Positions 17,129 through 24,938 of a stretch of 64,000 nucleotides of DNA are shown here, piece by piece. The stretch spans positions 1,259 to 65,258 of the forward strand of contig DASTWK010000047.1 of NCBI GenBank assembly GCA_035776655.1. Reading direction: 5' to 3'. The translations under genes and the position numbers were made by a program. This DNA comes from Mycobacteriales bacterium (GTDB lineage Bacteria > Actinomycetota > Actinomycetes > JAFAQI01). Under the pieces are notes generated by a model, which searched no databases, was not told where the DNA came from, and worked only from the letters and a program-made list of their open reading frames with translations. Position 1 is the stretch's first letter. Each line of letters begins with the position of its first letter.

Positions 17129-17647
17129 TCAGGCGCTGCGCCGGCCCTGTGGCAACGCCGTGCGCAGCGCGACCACTGCGGTCGCGTCGAGCACGGCCAC
17201 CGGGCCGTCGGTGCGCGGCAGCTGCCCCTGGATGAGGTCGGCACCGAGACCGCCGAGCTCGGCGGGGAACGCCGCCACGTCGGCGCCCACCGTCGTCGTA
17301 CCGTCGACCGCGTCGACCACCACGCCCACCGACAGTGACTCGACGGTGAGCACCACCAGCCGCGCGGTGCTGCCCCACGGGCCGGCGGGCGCGCCGAGCA
17401 GCTCGCGCAGGTCGAGCGCGGGCAGGATGCGGCCCCGCCAGTTGGCGACGCCGGCAACCCAGCCAGGTACGCCGGGAACGCGGGTCAGCCGGGGCACCCG
17501 GCCGACCTCGGCGACGTGCGCCAGGTCGATGGCGAAGCGGCCGGCACCGAGCCGCACCACGACGGCGTCGGAGTCGGCGACGACGCCCTCGTCGGCACCG
17601 GTGCGGGCAGGCGCGGGCGTCGCGGCCGCCGGGGAGAGGTCGCTCAC
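17129..17647 (-). CDS. cheW: CheW-like coupling protein
   Basis: The CheW fold signature is [20 protein letters not shown]...[21 protein letters not shown]. The start is taken as the GTG at 17647 (172 aa) but has weak SD support. Confidence 0.78.
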   Translation of the reverse strand: MSDLSPAAATPAPARTGADEGVVADSDAVVVRLGAGRFAIDLAHVAEVGRVPRLTRVPGVPGWVAGVANWRGRILPALDLRELLGAPAGPWGSTARLVVLTVESLSVGVVVDAVDGTTTVGADVAAFPAELGGLGADLIQGQLPRTDGPVAVLDATAVVALRTALPQGRRSA

Positions 17648-17771
17648 CTCTGTGCTGTCGGCGCAAAAGGGGCACGGGTGAAGCCCGCAGCCGGCAGCGG
17701 ATGTGACGATCGAACGTCGGCGCCGTCCGGCCGGGCTGGGCGGAAGGGCAGCGGGCGGCGGGTGCTGACCG

Positions 17772-18236
17772 TCAGCCGGGCGGCAGCTCCCGGCGGCGCT
17801 GCTCCCGCCGGTTGGCGAGCAAGACCGCGGCGACGGCACCGATCGCGCCGGCGAACAGGAAGATGGAGCCCACTGTGCCGACGCCGGGGTCGGTGCCGAG
17901 CCGGCCCGGGATCACGACCTCGTCGCTGGGGCGGGCGACGCCGGTGAAGACGAGCACGGTGACCAGCCAGCCGATGCCAGGCATGGCGGACGCGACGACG
18001 CTGCCGGTGCCGCGGGCGGCGAGGAGGCCGGCGGCGACGTTGCCCCCGACCGCCAGGATGTCCGCGAAGCCCTCGACGCCTCCGGGCAGTCGCAGCGGGA
18101 CCAGGAACGAGCCCCACATGCCGAGCGCGGCGCCGAGCAGGACCAGCATCGCGCAGACCAGCCAGAGCGGGAACTGCCTGCCCCCGGCAGCGGAGTCGAG
18201 CTCGGCATCGACAGCAGCCACTGTCCTCCTCGGCAC
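17772..18236 (-). CDS. small integral membrane protein (about 4 TM segments), function unknown
   Basis: 154 aa, hydrophobic and Gly/Ala/Val-rich with high GC3. An alternative GTG at 18221 sits 3 nt behind a GAGGAGG SD. Confidence 0.68.
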   Translation of the reverse strand: MPRRTVAAVDAELDSAAGGRQFPLWLVCAMLVLLGAALGMWGSFLVPLRLPGGVEGFADILAVGGNVAAGLLAARGTGSVVASAMPGIGWLVTVLVFTGVARPSDEVVIPGRLGTDPGVGTVGSIFLFAGAIGAVAAVLLANRREQRRRELPPG

Positions 18237-18246
18237 CCCTCGAGCC

Positions 18247-18309
18247 CGCCGATCATGGCGAAAATGGCGGTATCAGCGAGGGATAACGCTACTTTCGCCA
18301 TGATCGGCG
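18247..18309. repeat. 63-bp palindromic intergenic element, copy 3
   Basis: It has the same arms (extendable to 18 bp, 18246..18310) and the same 31-nt core length. It is intercistronic between the FtsH paralog stop and the membrane protein start. Confidence 0.9.
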
Positions 18310-18348
18310 GAGGGAGAGGCCAGCCGGCGCCGGCGGCGTTCGGCTGCG

Positions 18349-20397
18349 TCAGGAGGGCTGCACGTCGACTGCGTCGCGCAGGTCGATGACCGCCGGTGCG
18401 GTGGTGGCCACTGCGGGAGCGGTCGTCGCGACTGCGGGCGCAGTCGTGTCGGTGCCGGTGACGGTGGCGAGGTCGGAGGGCCCGCCGGCGGCGTCGAGCA
18501 CGGCGGCGATCTCCCGGCCGACGAGCTCGTTGCGCTCGAGCAGCGCGTCGCGCAGGGCGGCGACCAGGTGCTGGTTGGCCTCGAGCCGCCCCCGGATGAG
18601 CACCTTCTGCTCCTGCAGCAGCTCCTCCACCCGGCGGCGTCCCTCGGCGTCGCTGAGCACCCGGCCGACGAGGTTGGTGTCACTGAACGCGCTGCCCTGC
18701 ACCGCCGCGAAGGACACCAGCGTGCCGGCCATGCCGGCCGCGCCGATCATCTGCGCCGCCACGTTGGTCGCGTAGAGCAGGTCACCGCTCGGACCGGTCG
18801 AGACGTCACCGAAGAAGATCTCCTCGGCGCACTGACCCGCGAGCGCGATCTGGATGAGCTGCAGCATCTCGGTCTTCGATCGCGTGTAGACCTCTTCGGC
18901 GTCGCCGTGCGCGAGCATGCCCAGGGCCTCCCGGCGCTTGATGATCGAGAGGACCTCGAGGCGGCGGGTGGGCGCGACGAGGTACGCCGCGGTCGCGTGC
19001 CCACCCTCGTGGGTGGCGATGAGTCGCTTCTCGTGCTCGGTGTAGCCGATCGGCTGGCCGAGCCCGACGGTGGTGGCGAGCCGGGCCTGCTCGATGTCCT
19101 TCCACGTCATCTGCGTGTCACCGCGGCGCACCGCGTTGATGAGCGCCTCGTCGAGCAGCTGCTCGATCATCACCGGGGTGTAGGAGTGGGTGACGCTGGC
19201 GAGCGCGTCGCGGTATTCGTCGTCGGCCAGCTCGTCGTGGTGCGCCTTGCGCGCGAGGAAGTGGTCGATGAGCGCGCGGCGGCCGTGCTGGTCGGGCCGC
19301 TCGAACGTCAGCGCACGATCGAACCGGCCCGGCCGCAGCAGCGCCGGGTCGAGGAAGTCGGCACGGTTGGTCGCCGCGATGACGAGGACGTTGGCGCGCG
19401 GCGGCACCGGCTTGGGCAACTGCCGGTCGGCCGGCAGCAAGAGGTTGATCGCCTCGGTCAGCTTGCCCTGCAGCTTCTGCATGCCGGTCGGGGAGTCGAA
19501 CGACTGCATCTGCACGAGCAGCTCGTTGACGACGCCGCCAACACCTTCGCTCATGTACGCGTGGGTCACCGGCGCCACCGGCTGGCCGATCGCGGGCAAC
19601 GCGGCCGGCATGCCGGCGACGGTGCCGCAGCACTGCACGGCGGCCGCGGCGGCGTTGCCGACGGTGGGGTTGAGGTCGGGCGCCGCGGTCATGTTAAGCC
19701 CGCGCCGCGTCGTACCGATCGCGTCGATCTCCTCGATGAACGCGATCGCGCCGCCCTCGGCCAGCGCGGCCTTGCGGGTGGCCTTGAAGAACGCGCGGAT
19801 CTTCATCGCGGTCGCGCCGTAGAACATCGACTGGAACGACGTGCCGGACACGAACAGGAACGGCACGCCGGCCTCGGCCGCCATCGCTTTGGCGGTGTAG
19901 GTCTTGCCGGTGCCCGGGGCACCTTCGAACAGCAGGCCGCGCCGCGGGGTGCCGCCCATCGTGCCCGAGAACGTCTTGTGCGCGAGGAAGAGGTTGAGCG
20001 AGCGGACGACCTCTTCCTTGACGGTCTCGATGCCGACGACGTCGTCGAGCCGGACGTCGATCTGCTCCGGCCGGTAGATCACGTGCGGCGAGCGGCCGAA
20101 GAAGAGGAACGGCCCGATGACCGCGAGGATCAGTACGCCGAAGAACAGCGCCGGCATGACCATGACCCAGTCGATGTGCGGCACCTGGAAGAAGTTGACC
20201 GGGTGACCGGCCGCGATCCGCCACCACAACAGGACTGCCGGGATGCCGACGATGGCGGCGAAGCGCCACAGCCGCTTGCGCCGCATGTCCTCCCGGTTGC
20301 GACCGACATCCGCGCCGGCGGCGCTGACGACGCTGGTGCCACCGGCCGCCAGCAGCGGGAGGGGCGCTCCGACGTTCATGTCCTGGCGGTTGGTCAC
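18349..20397 (-). CDS. FtsH-like AAA+ / M41 zinc metalloprotease paralog
   Basis: 682 aa. It has Walker A GAPGTGKT, Walker B IEEIDA, PGRFDR, and the zinc site THEGGHAT. There are two N-terminal TM segments. The GTG start has a GGAG SD. Confidence 0.85.
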   Translation of the reverse strand: MTNRQDMNVGAPLPLLAAGGTSVVSAAGADVGRNREDMRRKRLWRFAAIVGIPAVLLWWRIAAGHPVNFFQVPHIDWVMVMPALFFGVLILAVIGPFLFFGRSPHVIYRPEQIDVRLDDVVGIETVKEEVVRSLNLFLAHKTFSGTMGGTPRRGLLFEGAPGTGKTYTAKAMAAEAGVPFLFVSGTSFQSMFYGATAMKIRAFFKATRKAALAEGGAIAFIEEIDAIGTTRRGLNMTAAPDLNPTVGNAAAAAVQCCGTVAGMPAALPAIGQPVAPVTHAYMSEGVGGVVNELLVQMQSFDSPTGMQKLQGKLTEAINLLLPADRQLPKPVPPRANVLVIAATNRADFLDPALLRPGRFDRALTFERPDQHGRRALIDHFLARKAHHDELADDEYRDALASVTHSYTPVMIEQLLDEALINAVRRGDTQMTWKDIEQARLATTVGLGQPIGYTEHEKRLIATHEGGHATAAYLVAPTRRLEVLSIIKRREALGMLAHGDAEEVYTRSKTEMLQLIQIALAGQCAEEIFFGDVSTGPSGDLLYATNVAAQMIGAAGMAGTLVSFAAVQGSAFSDTNLVGRVLSDAEGRRRVEELLQEQKVLIRGRLEANQHLVAALRDALLERNELVGREIAAVLDAAGGPSDLATVTGTDTTAPAVATTAPAVATTAPAVIDLRDAVDVQPS

Positions 20398-20595
20398 CGG
20401 CGGCTCCTATCGAGAGGCAGTCCCACCGCCGCCGGTCTCGCGAAAAAAATGTCTGCGCGGGCTCAAGTCGTCGGGTGAGACTGCCGAAGCGGATCTCGGC
20501 GTGTGCTGTACCCGCAGTTTGGCACCGGCTATCGCTGCGTGGCTACTCTGGGTGACGTAATCACCCGTTCGGCGCAACCGTGCGTGAGGGGCGGT

Positions 20596-21474
20596 TCAGA
20601 GCCCGGAGAACAGGTCGGTCTCGACCTCTCCTGACACCGGCGGCGTGCCGCGCACGAGCCGGTAGTACTCGGTGCCGAAGGCGCGGTGCCCGACGTTGTT
20701 GGACAGCGCGAAGAACGGCCCGTCGGTCTGGATCTGGGTGCGGTGCGCGCGCATGGCGGCGGTCTTGGCGTCGAGGTAGTCGCCGGCGTCGATGCGGGTG
20801 GTGATGGTCTCGTCGGGGTCGCCGAACGTCAGCTCCTCCGGCGTCGTCGCATTGAACGGCGCTTCCTCACCGAGCTCCTTCAACGCCTCGAAGGCCTGGC
20901 GCAACACCGACTGCGGCACGGCCGTGTAGTAGAGCTTGCCGCACTGCCACGGCTCGCCGGTGCCGGCGTAGCGGCCCGGATCTGCCGCGGCCTCGACCGC
21001 GGCGACCGTCACGCGGTGCGCCTGGATGTGGTCGGGGTGACCGTAGGCGCCGATCTCGTTGTAGGTGACGATGACCTGCGGGCGCACCTCGCGGATGACC
21101 CGGACCAGCTCACCGACGGCCGTTTCCAGGTCGGCCTGCCAGAAGCAGTCGGCCCGGTCGTTGGCGGCGGTGCCCATCATCCCGGAGTCGCGCCAGCGGC
21201 CGGCGCCGCCGAGGAAACGGTGGTCGGTGACGCCGAGGGCGGTCATCGCCTCGGCGAGCTCGTCGATGCGGTGCCGCCCGAGCCCGTCGTCCCGGTCGGC
21301 GGCCAGGTGGGCGAGCTCGGGCACGAGGATCTCGCCCTCTTCGCCGAGCGTGCAGGTGACGAGCGAGACGTGCGCGCCCTCGGCAGCGTACTTCGCCATC
21401 GTGGCGCCGGTGGCGATCGTCTCGTCGTCCGGATGCGCGTGCACGAACAGCACTCGCCGGGCTGCGGTGACCAT
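20596..21474 (-). CDS. mshB: N-acetyl-1-D-myo-inositol-2-amino-2-deoxy-alpha-D-glucopyranoside deacetylase
   Basis: 292 aa. The LmbE-type motif [13 protein letters not shown] is present, followed by HPDHIQAH. The length and order are typical of MshB. Confidence 0.88.
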   Translation of the reverse strand: MVTAARRVLFVHAHPDDETIATGATMAKYAAEGAHVSLVTCTLGEEGEILVPELAHLAADRDDGLGRHRIDELAEAMTALGVTDHRFLGGAGRWRDSGMMGTAANDRADCFWQADLETAVGELVRVIREVRPQVIVTYNEIGAYGHPDHIQAHRVTVAAVEAAADPGRYAGTGEPWQCGKLYYTAVPQSVLRQAFEALKELGEEAPFNATTPEELTFGDPDETITTRIDAGDYLDAKTAAMRAHRTQIQTDGPFFALSNNVGHRAFGTEYYRLVRGTPPVSGEVETDLFSGL

Positions 21475-21633
21475 TCGTCAGAGGTTACGTGCCGGGACGA
21501 GTCGGACATCTGCGGGCAGGTGCCGTGAACCGCCGGTCGGGACAGCCAAACGTCACCCGGACGGGGGTGCGGACCGGCCCCCGCAGCAGTCGATGCAGGA
21601 GGAGTCCACCCCCTCAGCTCGGAGGCTCCCCCG

Positions 21634-22245
21634 ATGATTCGCACGCCCCGCCTCGCCGCGGCCGCCGTCGCCGGCGCGGTTCTGTTCGTGCCGGCTGCGG
21701 CCACGACGGCGTACGCCGCGGGCCATGGCCATGGCCACGGTCACACCAAGCACGCGGCGAAGGCCCACCACCACGGCAAGCCCGCGGCGAAGAAGTTCAC
21801 CGCGACCGGCACGGTCGCCAGCGTCGACGGCGACACGCTGGTCATCCACGACAAGGGCGGGTCGCGTGACCTGCACGGCACGGACGTCACCGTCACCGTG
21901 ACCGACACCACGAAGATCAACCTGGACGACGCACCCGCGACGCTGGCAGACCTCGTTGCCGGTGACCACGTCATGGCGAACGGCACGCGCGGCAGCGACG
22001 ACGCCGGCAACCCGGTGCTCACCGCACGGCACGTCAACGCGTCCAGCCAGGACAGCAGTGACGACACCGCCGACGGCGACACCAGTGGCGACACGAGCGG
22101 CACCACCGACGCCAGCGGCGGGACGACCGACACCTCCGGCGGGACGACCGACGGCAGCGGGACGACCGACACCAGCGGCGGCACGACCGACACCTCCGGC
22201 GGCACGACCGACGGCAGCGGCGGGACACAGACCGCCACTCCGTAA
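21634..22245 (+). CDS. secreted His-rich protein with a beta-domain (DUF5666-like) and a Thr/Ser/Gly/Asp repeat tail
   Basis: It has a GGAGG SD and a signal peptide (...TTAYAAG). GHGHGHGHTKHAAKAHHHGK is followed by VASVDGDTLVI...VTVTVTDTTKI. The C-terminal repeats are GGTTDTSGGTTDGSG. Confidence 0.75.
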   Translation: MIRTPRLAAAAVAGAVLFVPAAATTAYAAGHGHGHGHTKHAAKAHHHGKPAAKKFTATGTVASVDGDTLVIHDKGGSRDLHGTDVTVTVTDTTKINLDDAPATLADLVAGDHVMANGTRGSDDAGNPVLTARHVNASSQDSSDDTADGDTSGDTSGTTDASGGTTDTSGGTTDGSGTTDTSGGTTDTSGGTTDGSGGTQTATP

Positions 22246-22283
22246 GAACCTGCGCACGAACGCCGCTCCTCCGGCGGCACAAC

Positions 22284-22322
22284 GTGAAGCGGCTCCCGCG
22301 TCCGGCGCGGGAGCCGCTTCAC
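22284..22322. terminator. bidirectional hairpin terminator (17-bp perfect stem)
   Basis: GTGAAGCGGCTCCCGCG-tccgg-CGCGGGAGCCGCTTCAC lies between convergent genes. There is no T tract (I-shaped type). Confidence 0.6.
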
Positions 22323-22391
22323 CGTTGAGGCCCGCTCCAGACGCGATGGCGGGCGACGCGGACGCGAGCTGGCTCAGTCCGGATCACCGGC

Positions 22392-22904
22392 TCAGTCGGG
22401 ATAAACAGTGGCGCCGTTCTGCTCGCTGCGCAGCTCGCGCGCCAGCTGCTCGAGCCGCGCCTTGCCCGTGTCGTCCAGCGTTCGGTAGATCTCGAGCAAC
22501 ACCAGCTCGCGGGGCCGGTCCTCGCCGCGGGTGCGACTGACGGCCGCGATCAGCTCACCGACGTCGACGCTCATCGCCCGTGCCAGCTTCGTCAACGTGG
22601 TCGGGTGCGGACGCTTGCCCCGAGTCCCCGCGCGCAACGCCGCCACGGTCGCGAGCGAAACGTCCGCTCGCCTGGCCATCTGTTGCAACGTCAAGCGTTC
22701 GCGACTCATGAAGTCAGCGATCAGCGACCCGAGCGTGCGACTGTCGCCTCCGGGCCGATCCGTCCCCCGAGTGTCGGTCGCGATCAGGAGGCCTCCTCGC
22801 GTGGCGGCCGGTGCCCTGCCTCGTCGCCGCCGCGGCGAAACGGCGAGGCGGTTGCACCGATTGTCCTCATTGCCGTCATTGTGCGACCGAATGCGAAGTC
22901 CCAC
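22392..22904 (-). CDS. XRE-family helix-turn-helix transcriptional regulator
   Basis: The HTH_3-like segment is LGSLIADFMSRERLTLQQMARRADVSLATVAALRAG. The coordinates give the maximal ORF (GTG at 22904). A CTG at 22787 behind a GAGGAGG SD, or the ATG at 22709, are alternative starts. Confidence 0.68.
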   Translation of the reverse strand: MGLRIRSHNDGNEDNRCNRLAVSPRRRRGRAPAATRGGLLIATDTRGTDRPGGDSRTLGSLIADFMSRERLTLQQMARRADVSLATVAALRAGTRGKRPHPTTLTKLARAMSVDVGELIAAVSRTRGEDRPRELVLLEIYRTLDDTGKARLEQLARELRSEQNGATVYPD

Positions 22905-22919
22905 AATGCGCCACGCGAG

Positions 22920-23174
22920 CTAACGCGCGTCGGGAACGACAACTCCTCCCGCGCTCGCGAGCCGCAACAAGACGCTGCCGAGCCGGGCGGCTTCGTCAGC
23001 CGTCAGGAAGACCGAGGACTTGTCGGTGATCTCGCGTTGACGCAGCTCGAGCCGCACGGCCGGGAGGTCCGGCGCCAACGCGTCCATCGCAACCTCGACG
23101 TCGACGGCGTCGAGAGACGACGCAAGTGCGAGCGTCACTGCGGCATCGCCGCGTTCCTGCGATCGCTCCACCAT
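22920..23174 (-). CDS. hypothetical small protein (84 aa)
   Basis: MVERSQERGDAAVTLALASS... has high GC3. It lies 15 nt upstream of the XRE ORF on the same strand. The start is uncertain and I recognise no family. Confidence 0.5.
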   Translation of the reverse strand: MVERSQERGDAAVTLALASSLDAVDVEVAMDALAPDLPAVRLELRQREITDKSSVFLTADEAARLGSVLLRLASAGGVVVPDAR

Positions 23175-23382
23175 CAGCACCACCGGACCCCAAGTTCGGA
23201 GCTGTGCCGACCAGCTCGAAAGACGCGCCGGCGGGTCAGGGCAGGTGCGTAGAAGGTCTTCGCCGTACCGCTCACATCTCCTTCCGGTTTGCCCGGAATA
23301 GCTGGCATCTGTCTCTTTTTCACGTTTTCTACGAAACCTGCCGGGTACCTCGACCGGGAGTCGATACCTGGAGGTAATTCCC

Positions 23383-24399
23383 ATGCGCCGCGCCACAGTC
23401 GCTCTCGCGCTCGTGCCGGTCTTCGCCGCTCCCGCCGCCAGTGCGTATGCGGCGGTGGCCACCCCGAACGATCCCAACCCGGCTCCGCCGTCGGACACCT
23501 CAGCCACCGCCCTGAAGGTCGACGACCTCGCTGAAGCCGGTCACACCCACGCTCATGCCGGCAGCACCGGCACGACCGCCGACGCCGACTCGCTCGGCCT
23601 CGGCGGCAAGACGCTGGTCGACGGCAAGACCGGTGGCTCGACCAACCAGGGAAACGCCGGCGGATCGTTGCTCGACACCGGACAGACGCCACTGGGTCGG
23701 CTCGCGGTGACGCCGTGGAGCGCGTCGGCCAACCAGGACGCCACCGGTTCGAGCGCCAGCAGTGACGCCGCAGTCGCGGCGGCCAACGTGCTCGGCCCCA
23801 AGGTCCTGCAGGTCTGGTTGCTGCACTCGACATCCAACGCGACATGGACCAGTGCCAGCTCCCAGTCGAGCTCGACCTCCGACGGTGCCGAGGTCAACGC
23901 CGGTGACGGCGCACTCGACGTCAAGGTGCTGCACAGCGAGACCAACAGCAACGGCAAGGGCTCGTCGAGCCTGCTGAACATCAACGGTCAGGACGTCGGG
24001 TCGAGTGACCAGGCGAACGGCGGCTGCGCGATCAGCGTCCCGTCGGTGCTGTCCCTGACCTGTCTCGATGCCAGCGGCGGTGCCGGCAGCAACGGCACGT
24101 CCTCGGCCGCGTCAGACGTCGGCACCCTCACGGTGGGCAGCGACAAGACGCCCCAGGGCGTGCTCGCCGGCACCTCGAGCCAGGGCGGCGCCACCGCCGG
24201 CACCGGCACCAGCGGCACCAGCGGTGACCACACGTCGGTGCTCGGCGAGAAGGTGACGAAGACGCCGCAGAGCGGTGGCCTGCCGTTCACCGGCACCAAC
24301 GCCGCGCTGCTGTCCGCGTACGGCGCAGCGCTGGCCGGGATCGGTACCGCGATCACCCGCCTGGGCCGTCGCCGTCGCCGCGCTTCCGCGGCCGCCTGA
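23383..24399 (+). CDS. LPXTG-anchored cell-wall surface protein (Ser/Thr/Gly/Asn-rich)
   Basis: It has a GGAGG SD and a signal peptide (...PAASAYAA). The C-terminal sorting signal is LPFTG, a hydrophobic stretch and then RLGRRRRR. Confidence 0.8.
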   Translation: MRRATVALALVPVFAAPAASAYAAVATPNDPNPAPPSDTSATALKVDDLAEAGHTHAHAGSTGTTADADSLGLGGKTLVDGKTGGSTNQGNAGGSLLDTGQTPLGRLAVTPWSASANQDATGSSASSDAAVAAANVLGPKVLQVWLLHSTSNATWTSASSQSSSTSDGAEVNAGDGALDVKVLHSETNSNGKGSSSLLNINGQDVGSSDQANGGCAISVPSVLSLTCLDASGGAGSNGTSSAASDVGTLTVGSDKTPQGVLAGTSSQGGATAGTGTSGTSGDHTSVLGEKVTKTPQSGGLPFTGTNAALLSAYGAALAGIGTAITRLGRRRRRASAAA

Positions 24400-24418
24400 A
24401 CGACGACACCTGCTTCAC

Positions 24419-24460
24419 CGGCTCGGGTGCTGATCGGAAGGTCAGCACCCGAGCCGTTTC
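24419..24460 (+). terminator. rho-independent terminator after the LPXTG gene
   Basis: CGGCTCGGGTGCTGA-tcggaagg-TCAGCACCCGAGCCG is a 15-bp perfect stem followed by TTTC. Confidence 0.7.
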
Positions 24461-24551
24461 AGGTGACATGTCCGACACACCGAGAACCGCCTGAGACTTT
24501 GCGCCGGAGGCAGACGAGAGCAGACTGCGGCCGCCGACACCGGAGGCCCCC

Positions 24552-24938
24552 ATGCATGTCCGGACGAAGTCGAAAGCACCTGCAGCGGTGGGTCATGCCG
24601 ACCCCGTGGTGGTGCAGTTCCAGGAGAGCGTGCGAGCGCTCACCGAGACCTGGGACGCCATGGTCTGGCTCAACACCACCAACCTCGAGGTGAACGCACG
24701 GCGGCGGGAGATCGCGGCCTGGGGCCGCAACGCCAACCAGTCGCTCGCCGACACGTTCGGTCGCGAGGTGGACTCGGACGAGATCCGGGTGCTGTTCACC
24801 GAGATGCCACACCTGGTGCCGCGCGCCCCCGGCGACCGAGGCCGGCTGTTGCTCGCGGTGCTGGCGTCCGAAGCACGGGTGCTCGCCGACCGCGGCCGAA
24901 CTGCCGTCGAGGCGCTGCACCCGTCCGTCACACGTTGA
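24552..24938 (+). CDS. hypothetical protein (128 aa)
   Basis: A GGAGG SD lies 5 nt upstream of the ATG. GC3 is high and the amino-acid composition is varied (W, N, F, E). The 3' end overlaps the ychF 3' end by 11 nt. I recognise no family. Confidence 0.6.
   Translation: MHVRTKSKAPAAVGHADPVVVQFQESVRALTETWDAMVWLNTTNLEVNARRREIAAWGRNANQSLADTFGREVDSDEIRVLFTEMPHLVPRAPGDRGRLLLAVLASEARVLADRGRTAVEALHPSVTR

Noticed and set aside
20560-20576. GGGTGACGTAATCACCC is a palindrome downstream of mshB, and I considered it as a CRP-like site (TGTGA-N6-TCACA).
   Set aside because: The half-site spacing is 5 rather than 6, and the half-sites are GGTGA/TCACC. It lies 20-35 nt after a stop codon, where a simple terminator-like hairpin is the more economical reading.
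22392-23174. I considered a toxin-antitoxin interpretation of the small ORF + XRE pair.
   Set aside because: The 84-aa upstream product shows no motif of a known toxin family that I can recognise. The XRE start is uncertain. The gene order and size alone are not sufficient.
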